A DNA stretch of 64,000 nt from Nemertoderma westbladi (taxonomy: Eukaryota > Animalia > Xenacoelomorpha): assembly GCA_032718475.1 (NCBI GenBank), contig JAUCBJ010003548.1:62001-126000 (forward strand). The letters are read 5' to 3'. A program made the translations under genes and the position numbers. The notes beneath the pieces are model-generated. The model worked only from the letters and a program-made list of their open reading frames with translations. It did not search any database and was not told where the DNA came from. Shown here piece after piece: positions 34,081-45,707 of the stretch (position 1 is the first letter of the stretch; each line of letters opens with the position of its first letter).

Positions 34081-34411
34081 TGTGGCGAGCCACGAAGTGA
34101 GCGAAGCCTTAGCATATGGGTGCCATTGGCGAGTTGTCTGTCGTCGGCGTCTGTCGTCGTCGTAAATTTTTGATCGCTAATAACTCGGTTATTCCTTGAT
34201 GAAATTATACCAAACTTGGTATGTATGTAGTCCGTCAAAAACGTTTAGAAAGAATCTGAAGTTTAGTCAATAACGAACGAACGTAACGAGGCACAAGAGG
34301 AGGACGAGTATTGTGTTGAAGACTTCTGACTAACAGCAGACAACTCGTTAATGGTGACCATATGCTAAAGCTTTGCTCACTTCGTGCTGCGCGAAGGCCC
34401 CACGAACGTGT
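34081..34411 (+). mobile_element. TGT-junction element, short complete copy
   Basis: TGT-ggcgagccacgaagtgagcg...cttcgtgctgcgcgaaggccccacgaacg-TGT. Confidence 0.85.
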
Positions 34412-35783
34412 TCACCATCCATTCCCGCTACACCAAATTAAGAAATTATTTTCGTTTATTTCTCGTATTTCTCTAACTTCACTGCCAGCTGGCTTTGATG
34501 CCACAAGGCCTACTATTTTTAAGCGCAGCTTTATTTTTTTTTCAAAAAATAAAAGATGCAGCATCTAATGAAACATGACATTCTAGAATATTTTGTTATT
34601 TGCAAAGTAAAAAATTTTTAAAAAAAAGTTGAAGGAAATAAAAAGACAAGTGCGCAAGAAAATCAACAAGATATACATTGAGCGATCCAAGTGTAACAAG
34701 AGTCAGGAGTATGCAGAAAATTCAATGTTACCGGTACAATGATAGAATACCAGTGGCGTCTTCAAATGATAAAATAAATATATTCATGGAGATAATTAAG
34801 AAATAAAAGCATCAAATACTGTTTAAATGTGTATGGAAATGTTGAATGCAATATCATTGATTTAATAAAAAATAAATAAAAATTAACTTTCCACTTTCTA
34901 AAAATGTTGTTCTAGAACAGAATAAAATATAACTCTAGATCATATCATAATTAAAAAAAACAATTATGAAATTTTCTAGAACACATTCATTACACTAACA
35001 CTAAAATGTTTTGGTATAAAATTAAAATGGGGGGACTGGCGGAATTCTAGCCGTAATAATGAAGGCGAACAGTGTCATATCCACTCCAATCCTCTGTCAA
35101 TGGAAAATAGACCTGTACGTACAGCCTGCCTATTGTATTAGGCCTATTATTAGCCTACTATTGTATTAGGCCTATTATTAGCCTACTATTGTATTAAGCC
35201 TACTATATTATTGCCTATTATGTATCTACATAGATTCCAACTATAAGGGCACTCACTATATTGGGATAATAAGGAATTCTGTACTGGGACTAATATAAAT
35301 ATTGGTTGGTTTAGAGACAGCGAAATTGCCCTGACCACATCAGAGCTGGCAATAATGATAAGAGGACGGGTATATCAAGGATGTAAAGGGCGATTCAATA
35401 TGCCCACAAAGAATGAGTGGACGGGTGTATCAAGGATGTAAAGGGCGATTGAATATGTCTACTGTACAAAGAATAGTTTCACTGCCTTTAATTTTCTCAA
35501 TTGGCAGGCGAGCCCATACAGTCAGACAGTGAGGGGGTGGCTCGAGCCCACCTAGCCCCCACCCCCCTCCCCCTTGGACGCGCCCCTGGAAATTACAATT
35601 ATTCCAAATCTGTAAAAGTCTGAATTTCGTTTGATATAGCTGAGCTGTGGGTGTTTGAAAGTCCAATGTTATTTTTCCATTGTGCTATGATGCTATTTAT
35701 TAATAAAACATTAAGACCTTATCTCGTGTACAGAGTGAATGAATATTACGAGAATGTAAGAGTATAATTATTGGAAGACCTAC

Positions 35784-35903
35784 CACTGCAGTACATCTCA
35801 TCGTCATAGCTATCGTAACAGTCAAGAACTTCGTCGCAGTACCCAGTCACCGGGATACAATCACTCCCAGCATCGTCGCATGCAAAGTAGCCGTCCTCGC
35901 AAC
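35784..35903 (-). CDS. LDLa-repeat gene, exon A
   Basis: cctattag|...|gtaggt, 120 bp, phase 1-1. Encodes CEDGYFACDDAGSDCIPVTGYCDEVLDCYDSYDDEMYCS. Phase-compatible with exon B. Confidence 0.8.
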
Positions 35904-38533
35904 CTAATAGGAATCAATTTAGCATTGATAAATAATTACAGTTTTATTTAATAAATCAAACAAGCTAATGAAGTAAAGAAACCTTAACGGTAGGTAGGTG
36001 CAGTAATACCTCAAACTAAAAAGCATTCGTGACCTAGAAGTTGCATGCAATATGTTGACAGCAGTCCGCTAATCCGTACGTCTCGCCCACATACGTGGCT
36101 CCCTCTAATGGCCGAGCGATAAAACGACAGTGGAATTAAGGAATGGACATCCATCTAACCCCTAAGCTTGTCATTATTCTGCTCGCGTGTGTCTATGTGT
36201 ATGCGATATACTTAAAGCTTTGCAGAACAGGCTGCACTGGGTTCATTGCGATTTGAAATTACTTTGAAATGCTAAACAACTCACGCCGGTAGTTCAACTT
36301 CTATTGGGCTCGCCGTAGTGTGCCATGGTGTGGTTGTGCACATGCTTGCTGGTGAAAAGGAATGCGTTGTTATGTAATGCTTGCCTTCTCAGGGCAGCGA
36401 ATGAACCCAAATGGTAATAGACTGACAACAAACATCATTTACTCATTCAGATTGATTAAATCATCTCGACCGGGTAATTATTAGTTTCATGTGCTACATG
36501 AGAGCAAACTTAGTTCTATTTGCATATGTTTAAACGCTTTCCTGTGGGTAACCACCTCACTTTGGCCACTAGCATTAACATAAATGCATAATGCGTCCAA
36601 CGCCCCCGGTCGGATCAATAATAACCCACAAATGTGCCAAGTTGCAAATTAACCCGATTTCTAAGAGGTTTATGGGGCAAGTCAGAACTGCAAGCCATCA
36701 GCAAACGGTTATAATTAGAATATTCTGTGTTTGTTTGTGTCTGTGTCGGGAGCCATAATGTGCGAGTGAATCCAATAATCTAGTATAATGAGAACTTACA
36801 GTTCTGAGCATAGAGGCCCTAGATATCTACGTTTAGTATGTTGGGGTATCAGCGCAGAAAATTAATGTAAAAAAAAGAAAAAAACAAAAAGAAATAATAT
36901 ATACAAGCAATCAAGAATAAGAGACACTTGACACTTACTACAGCAACATATATATGATTGTCTCACCCACTAAACTGCCCAAAATAGTCAACGAAACAGT
37001 AAGAAATAACACTAATATAATATAATTATATTATAAAGAATAAACCATATTAAAACAATATCAACAAGCAACATAGATTCGTTATATTCTACTTTATTTT
37101 TGTGAATTATTTTTTATCTTCATCCTGGGTAGGGTATTTCTCTTATCACAGTTGAAAAGTGTTCAACTTAGAAGGCTACATAATAGAAATGTTACTTAAA
37201 TTTAGCTGTTTTATTTAATTTTATTATAAACACTATCAGAGTAGGTGTGTGCAAATAATATCACAAAACTATCTCCGTACAAGAGCAATATAACAAAACT
37301 ATATAATATAACAAAACTATCTCTGTACAAGAGCAATATAACAAAACTATATAATATCACAAAACTATCTCTGTACAATGCAACTAAGATAACAATTTGC
37401 AAGAGCTGGTCTAATAGAACGTTCTTACGTACCCTACCGATGAAAACAATTATTAGTATTATTATACCTGTAACTATTATTGTTAATCTAACATTATTTT
37501 AACCTTCATACTAATGCTATATATAAATCATATGCTATAGTTGTTATTTGAAATTCAAAGTAGCCAGCCTATGAAATATTGTATTGATTATGACAACTGG
37601 TTATAGATTTCAAATACCGAGGGATGGCCTAGGCCAACCATAGACTATAGAGTTTCCTCAATGGTTAAGACAATAGAAGATACCGTAGGCTACCTATTCT
37701 GTCATCTAAGTTGGTTACTAGGTTACGGGTTCTAGAAGTTATCAATAAATCATATTCCGTTAATGTTCATAGGAGTTATTAGTTAGTTACTAGTTATTAG
37801 GACTACTGGATGGTTTTCTAACAGATCAATTTAATTAATATAGCCAACAAAAATTTAGTACACTATTTCATATTTGTACTTTACAAATTCATTCCTAAAA
37901 TATCGGCATCGGGACGGGATTATATTTTCGCCGGGATCCAGTTTGAACACTGAACCTAAAATTTAATCATACGGTACCGGTATCGCGTGTGAAAAAAAAG
38001 AAAAAAGAACAGACAGAAGAGAAATAATCGAGAGAGATTGTACAATAGTTAGTTCTGTAGTTACTGCTACCAATAGGCAAGGCAGTTCAACGTAGAATGA
38101 AGCAATCAAATATGATCCACTCACCAGAACATATTGATGCAAAAAATATAACTCCAATTAGCTTTAAATTAAGAGATACAAGCATTTTTCATTGGATACT
38201 GATATAACAATAAATATGAAGCAATTAAGTTTGGTGAATATACATGAATAATAATCAGAAGCCAGTATCATATATGTTGCGATAAATTTAAATAAGAAAC
38301 ATCCCCATCACCACAGTCTGGATATGATGATTCAACAGTTGAACGCAGCAACGACGTATTTCTACAATTTCAAACTACTATCGTATCATAATAATAAACA
38401 ATATCAGAATTTAAACTCATCCGTTTAGTTTGGCTTACTGAGGCTTTATCTATAAGCAGGTTTAAGCCCATTCAGGGAGTTAGGCCTAACCAACAATAAT
38501 AACGTAAATATGAAATCTCAGAATACCGTATTA

Positions 38534-39097
38534 CCGGTGTAGCAGAAAATTTCCACCCCCCTAAAAATATATATTTTCACCCCCGCTTAGAATTAACTAG
38601 GGTATTTTAACCGGGGGTGAAACTACCCTGGGTGATTTTGTAGTGAAATTTAACCCCCCTCAGCAGTGTGTCCTCCATGATATTTTAAATTTCAATTCAA
38701 TAGAGTTTAAATTCGATATAAGCCTATTAAACGAACAGACGACCACATATACCTCTAGTCTAGTACACAGTACTGTAGACAGGTAGAAGATACAAATAAA
38801 ATACACCGGGAGTAAGAATACGGAAAGTAAGTAAGAAATAAGTAAGTAAGTAAGAATATGGAAATTTAACCGGTGATGGATTTGCACAGAGTGAAAATTG
38901 ATAAATGCAGGGGATATTTTCACCGGACTGGCTGACTGGAGGGCGTGGAACAGCAGAGGGGTTTTTAAACACACTATGGAAAATTCACCCCGGGCGCGGG
39001 CAGTGTGGGCACCGGGAGTGAGAATATACTTGGGCAGTAGGGAACTTTAGCCGGGGAGTGATTTTGCATGGGGAGTTAAAATTATCTGTTACACCGG
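38534..39097. mobile_element. MITE with TA flanks
   Basis: TIRs CCGGTGTAGCAGAAAATTT / AAATTATCTGTTACACCGG with TA on both sides. Confidence 0.7.
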
Positions 39098-41169
39098 TAG
39101 GCCTACTACAGTACTAAATTACTCCATTAGCTGTTAGCCAGGCACCAGGCAGCCAGCGAGCCAGGCGTCCCGCGTAGGTAGGCAGTAGGCGTATGGTAAC
39201 GCGCGACGCCTGGAGGGTGACAGAGACAGGCCAGCAGAGCAGACTGAATGTAATGCGCGGATCGAAGTCACCGGAAACATTGGTTTTTTAAATCAAACGT
39301 AAAACTATAATCTTCCAGCAGAGGCCTCTACGCTACCGTTACACTTCTTACTGCCTACAGGCAGACAGGACAGGCCGATCGCTGTATCGGCCTAATTTCT
39401 AATATAATGACTAACACCTAATTTCAGAAATTCCGCTAAATTCCTTCATCCTTAGATTAGCAGATTAGGACTTGGGCAGTACTGCAGTAGGGTTAGCGTT
39501 TAGCTCTGTAGCTGTCAGGCTGTAGTTGGTTAGACACTGTTAGAGTTAAGATCAGCATAGTATAGATCAACCATAGCCCAACAAATTCACTGTACAAACT
39601 CATAAATTAGGCCTACCAGGACCAGCTGACAGCCTACCGCTGTACTGTACCGCACCTGCTGACCTGTAATAAAAATGTAGTATTTTGTAAATCCGTATTG
39701 CTGCCTGGTGCCTGCTGCATTGCTGTATTGCATTTGTAATTTGTAGGTACGGGTAGGCCTACCTCTGTACCTGGCTGCCTGGTACCTGGTACCGAAACGT
39801 GACTGTAATCCAGTAATCAGGCTGTCAGGTTATTACACAATATGGCAATAGACCTTAGATTAGCCCATAGCCTACTCCCTGACTCCCCTGGTGCCTGGGC
39901 CTACTGGATTATATCACTCTTTTTCTATCTGGCTAGGCCCATCAGCATCACACTCAGGCCTAGGCCTGTACAGCTGATTATACCCGGCTGCATCAGTACT
40001 GCAGTACAATACTGTGTACTGCTGTACTGGCGCTACCGTCTACCAGTTAGTACCTGTACTTAAGGTAGTCCTCCTTACATGGTGTGATAGAAACTTGGCG
40101 GTCAGACAGTCAGGTGATAAAGTAAAATAAATGTGGAATGTGGCCATCAATAAAATGCATGTGTGGTCTGAGTTCTGAGGTATGCGTGCAGAGTATAAAG
40201 ATTGCGAATAAAAATAGCGTGTGTTGAGAAAAATAATAATAATATCGCGAGTTCAAAAATTTCGATAATTTCCCGAATTCAAAAAATATCGTAATTAAAA
40301 ATATAGCGAGTAAAAATATCGAGAGTAAAAATAACGCGAGTTAAACAATATCGCGAGTAAAAATGTCGAGAGTAAAACTATCGCAAGTCTCGATATTTTT
40401 CACCAATTCCAATTTTATCAGATGAAAAATGTGCATTGTTTTGAGTATATTATGTTGAAAAATATGCAAGAGAAACTGGGGTGTTTGAAAAAGGTGGACT
40501 GGACACAGAAAACATGGACAATGGACAGACCAATCACGGGCGATTTGCGTCACACAGCATGTCCACCCTTTTCAGCTTTGTTGTCTAATTTGTAGTCTGT
40601 TTCAAACTTGAAAAAGGTGGACTGGGTTGATAAAAAAAAACAGGCAATGAATTACCAATCAGATCGATTTGCACATTATATAGCAGCTCGCTGTCCATGT
40701 TTTTCAAAAATTTTTAGAATGTTTTTATGGATTATTGTTATTATTATCCCATACTTACTGTGACCAACCGAAGTTGTCCAAGTAGTTAAATAATATGGGG
40801 CGAGCCACGAAGTCTGTGAACAAGCCTTAGCATGAATATTGGAACATTAATATTCTAACGCAATACAGTATATAGTTAATTATAATATCTATCTAATGTA
40901 CTGTGCGGAAAATATAATATGCTTTATTTACCGTTCATCCCGAGATCTGTTATTAAACGACCCAGCTCAGCATGGGAGGTAAATACAGTAAGTCAGATCG
41001 AGGCGCGAAAAGGTAAATAATGTATATTATTGTTATATTTACATTATTTACCGCTCAGTCAATATCATTTACAAGAGTCATTTACAGCGGTAAATAATAT
41101 TTGCATTATTTTCCTAGGTAAATGGGAATTATTGCTCTTCAATCAGTCAACTTTGTACTGTAATAAATA

Positions 41170-42170
41170 ATATTCTGGGGCATTTAATTTATGTAATGAG
41201 TAGCTACGGCTAGTAAAATAATCAAGTACGGTACTTAATTAATAATCTTCAAATAAATAATATGTTCCAGAATATTGTGTATTTATTAAATATAATAAAT
41301 GGCCTCCCTGCAGGCTGGTTGTATCGGATGTAAAGTTCTACACTATTTGAACGTCCATATCTCAGATATTTCTAAATGATATTAATACAGTAGTTATTTA
41401 CAAATTTTGAAACCTTACTACGACAACTTTCCATTGGTATCAACAAATCACAAGAAGGAGGAAGAATGACTGCGGTGCGACTGGTGCAATGTGTAATTAC
41501 TTACTACACAATAATATATTTTAATATAATAATAATGATTACTAATAATAAATAATATAATAATGATTACATATTGTACGATAAATAAAACACGTTATTT
41601 ACCTTGTCGCCCCTTGATCTGACTTATTTACCACCCACGCTGCGCTCGGTCGGCAAATAACAGATCTTGGGACCAACGGTAAATAAAGGATATTTTATTT
41701 AATGTACAATAAATAGTTAGAATTTATTGTACAATAGGTAGGTCCCTTATGTAGTTTATTGTTAAAAAGCATGCTTATTGTTATTATAATTACTGTATTA
41801 AAAGAAATTGTTTAATACATAATTTTTTCGATATTGCACCGCTGTCGCACCGCAGTTATTCTTCGTGCTTATAGTGGTTCGTAGCAATAGAAAGCTGTCG
41901 TTGAAACGATTCTAAATATGTAAATAACTACAGTATTAGTTTCGATGAGAAATAGCTGAGATATAGGCGTTCAAAAATTGCAGGTACAGTATTTGCTTCC
42001 GCTGCAACCTGCAGGCCATTTATTCTACTGTATTTCATATTACTGTACTGTACTGGACCGGTACATACAATTTTTAGTCATTATTATTTATTTATTTGTT
42101 TGACGAGTATTAATAGTTTGATGTCATTTTATTATTGCGTAGCTACTCCATTAAATAAACAAAATATTTC
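41170..42170. mobile_element. Nested ~1-kb foldback element
   Basis: Paired segments: gagtagctacg / cgtagctactc; aataaatggcct..ctgcagg / cctgcaggccatttatt; tttgaacgtccatatctcag / ctgagatataggcgttcaaa. Confidence 0.6.
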
Positions 42171-42217
42171 AGAATTTTATTTATTACAGTAAAACAACTG
42201 TACAGTTGAATAATTGA

Positions 42218-42325
42218 AGACCATGACTTTCTTGAGAAGCCTCTTAAAATAAACTGGCCTTGAAGTTGCGGATAATCTCGCAAAAGGGTGATAGGGAGTC
42301 GTGGCCGCGCAATTTTGTCGACAGT
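42218..42325 (+). mobile_element. Short degenerate fragment of the RTE-like LINE 3' end
   Basis: Matches 16081-16190. Confidence 0.6.
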
Positions 42326-43319
42326 CTGGTGTTACAGGCGAAATGCCCCTTCGCCGGAATGCCCCCCCCCCCCCCCTCCGGGCATTTTTGCCTAGTGCCA
42401 TATGCCCCCCACCCCCCTGAGCATTTTCACCCCAGATTTCGTGAGTGGTGGTAAAAAAACCCTATTACAAAGTCAAATGGCGGCCCAAAACCCTAATTAA
42501 AACTGTCATGTAACCCTAACCCTAAATATTTTGGATCCAAAATTCCATAAAATTTCTTAGATTAGAGCTTCATGACTTAGGGTTAGGGTTACATGACAGT
42601 TTTAATTAGGGGTGGGGCCTGACCAACTAACCCTAACCACAAAAATAACCCAATAAATCCAAGTTGAAGTGCTGGCTAGGCCTACTGCAGTATTATGAAA
42701 GCAAGTATTATGTTACAGTGAAAAGGTGGACAGTCCAATCACTACGAAATAACATTGCTTTAATACGTTTCTGATTGGTCAGACTATTATCTCTGTTTTA
42801 CGTTTTGCATTATGTGCCTCTGCCCAGTTCTTATTTTTCAAACACACATCTTATTCCCAATTATGTAATTAAGAAAGCGAAAACTTTAAAAGTCAGACCG
42901 AAATCGCTACAAACTGCTTTGCCTAATACGTTTGTGATTGGTCTGTCCATTGTCCATGCTTTCTGTGTCCAGTCCACCTTTTTCAAACATCCAGAGAAAC
43001 TGGGGCAATAATTAGCTCATTAAAAAATTATTACAATAGGCAAAATGGCTTGCATATTTTACACTGCTGTTGCATATTTTACACCTCTCACATTTGCACA
43101 TTTTGCACTTGCACACAACATCTAGCTTTAGTAAGGACCTTTAACACTTTAGGATATTGGCCTTCAGAAGCGGATATTCTCGCCCTCCTCAGTCGTGGGT
43201 GAGTGTGGGATGCTGTGGCGGCGCATTTTTGTTAATAAAGCCGAAATAACAATCTTAGCGCTGCAATAAGCTGATAAGGCAGCAATAGACTGACTACTGT
43301 AGTTCAGTAGGCGCAGTAA

Positions 43320-43398
43320 TGTGGGGCGAGCCACGAAGTTGGCGGAGCCTTAGCGAATTGACACTGTTAGGGGGTGGGTCAATTTATGCAAATAGTTG

Positions 43399-43430
<32 letters not shown>

Positions 43431-44588
43431 GTCGTCGTCGTCGTCGTTGTCGTCGTCGTTACGATTTTGACATGCTAATAACTTTGTCGGATTTAAAGCT
43501 GCCAAGTTGAAAATTTGTAGGTATCAATATGAGCAAAAGTTGAGATTTTTGAGAGACTATCAGACACCATCAGTGCAATGGTCTCCCGCTAGAGGGCCAC
43601 ATGTCTAAACATTAAATGGCCACCCATTTCTTTGCTTTTAATCCGTTTAAGCTGAAACTTGGGAAGTATGTACTAGACCATTAGCTGTAAATTTCAAAGG
43701 AGGCTAATCTGTCTGCAGTTCTCCAGTCTGCCGCTAGAGGGCGAAATGTCCCGAATGTGAAATTATTCTTCCATTTAGTTGTTTATGATCTGATTACGCT
43801 GAAACTTGTCATATATGTACTAGATGACATCCTGAGTCTTTGTGTGGATTGTAATCGGTCCGAAGTTTTCCAGTCTCCCGCTAGAGGGCCACATGTCTAA
43901 ACATTAAATGGCCACCCATTTCTTTGCTTTTAATCCGTTTAAGCTGAAACTTGGGAAGTATGTACTAGACCATTAGCTGTAAATTTCAAAGGAGGCTAAT
44001 CTGTCTGCAGTTCTCCAGTCTGCCGCTAGAGGGCGAAATGTCCCGAATGTGAAATTATTCTTCCATTTAGTTGTTTATGATCTGATTACGCTGAAACTTG
44101 TCATATATGTACTAGAAGACATCCTAAGTCTTTGTGTGGACAGTAATCGGTCCGGAGTTTTCGAGTCTGCCGCTAGAGGGCGAAATGTAGGAAGTGATAA
44201 CCTTCGCGAATTCCTTGATCTTAATCTATTTAAGCTGAATTTTGGAATATACAGTACCGGTATGTACTAGACCACATGCCTCGTCTTTGTGAGGAAGGTG
44301 ATCGATCCGTAGTTCTTTAATATGCCGCTAGAGGGCTAAATGTATGAAAGTGAAAACCTTCCAACATTTCGTTATTTATGATCCGTCAATCGGAAACTTG
44401 GTAGATATGTAATAGACCATAGGCTGTGGCTTTGTAGGGAAACTAATCCTTCCTTCTTCAGTTACCCAGTCTCCCGCTAGAGGGTTAACGTTTTCCGGGA
44501 AAATCTGCTCCTATGTTTTTATAATCCTTTCGAGTTGATACTTAGCATTAACTCATTTCACGTGCTGCGCGAAGGCCCCACTTCGTGT
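43320..44588 (+). mobile_element. TGT-junction element, long copy with (GTC)n and seven ~146-bp internal core repeats
   Basis: TGT-ggggcgagccacgaag start; (gtc)n at 43397-43459; 'cgctagaggg' recurring about every 145-155 bp; end cgtgctgcgcgaaggccccacttcg-TGT. Confidence 0.8.
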
Positions 44589-45707
44589 AGTATAGTAGAG
44601 TAGTACAGTAGTGCACTAGGTTGGGTGGGCGCGGGTAGGGGTGTACGGGTTGGGTGGGCGCGGGTAGGAATGTTTACGGGTGGGTTGTAGGTACGGGTTG
44701 GTTGGGTAGGGGTGTCCTGGTGAGGTGTAGGAATGGGTGGGTGCAGGTTGGTGTATGTGGGGTGAGGTGGGTAGGTGTGCACGGGTGGGGTGGGTTAGTA
44801 CGGGTTAGTCTACAACAACAATCACAACCTCAAAGGGCAGCTATAAGTAGATACAGTAGAATGACCGGAAATTACAGAGTGTCTCAGTGCTATTTACAGT
44901 ATATACCCATATTTTGATTAAAAGGTTTAATTAAAAAAACTTAATAATTAAAAATAAAACGCTATAAAATGATGAATTGTGAATGAATAATTCACCACCA
45001 ATAATGATGTAAATATATGTAGTTACAGTATTATAAAAGTGATTTTACACAATACATTAACGGGTCACCACAAGTGTAGATGTGTAGGCCTATTATAAAA
45101 TATACATACATGTAAGAACGATCGATAAACGAAAACGTTGGAATAATTTATTTCTAACTTAGCCTACAGGAAGAACAGTTCTAAATTAAACTAAGTAAAT
45201 AAATGGTTAGGTAGCGCCTGTAGCGCTATATTATTCAATTTCAAATTATTGAATAATTAATAGAGTAGAGCTTAATAGAGTAGAGAAACCATAATAGAGT
45301 AGAGTAGGCTACGTCTGTCTAAAGTGTAAAGCCAATAACTCCAGTATTGTAAATAAAGGAAAAATAATCTAAATATGTCCCACAGTATAACAATTGATAA
45401 ATAGTGTACACCAAATGCACATGTACAGTACTAAGTATTGTATAGTGTTTAGTACTGTATATAATGTGATTGCAAGTCGTGCCCCTTTAGTTTGTTAATA
45501 TTCTGGGGTTGTTGAATTGCGGCAATTATAATGCGACAATAACTTATTACTTTTTAAATTAAACTTAAAAATAATTTTTTTTGATAACCTTGCTAGTGCC
45601 AAAAATAGCAAACGCCATCTTGTGGTTTGCAAAGGAATTGGATGGAGGTACAATGTGGGAAACCAAATAATTTTATACCGTATTAAATTGGCAAACTTCT
45701 TATAAAA

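Larger units (their letters stand above)
33591..35588. mobile_element. Non-autonomous hAT-type element containing nested insertions
   Basis: TIRs CAGGGGCGCGTCCA / TGGACGCGCCCCTG; perfect 8-bp TSD GAAATTAC (33583-33590, 35589-35596). Confidence 0.85.
40479..42992. mobile_element. Non-autonomous Mutator (MULE)-type element with nested palindromic elements
   Basis: Long TIRs GGGTGTTTGAAAAAGGTGGACTGGACACAGAAAACATGGACAATGGACAGACCAATCAC and their inverse at 42934-42992. 10-bp TSD AGAGAAACTG (40469-40478, 42993-43002). Confidence 0.85.
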
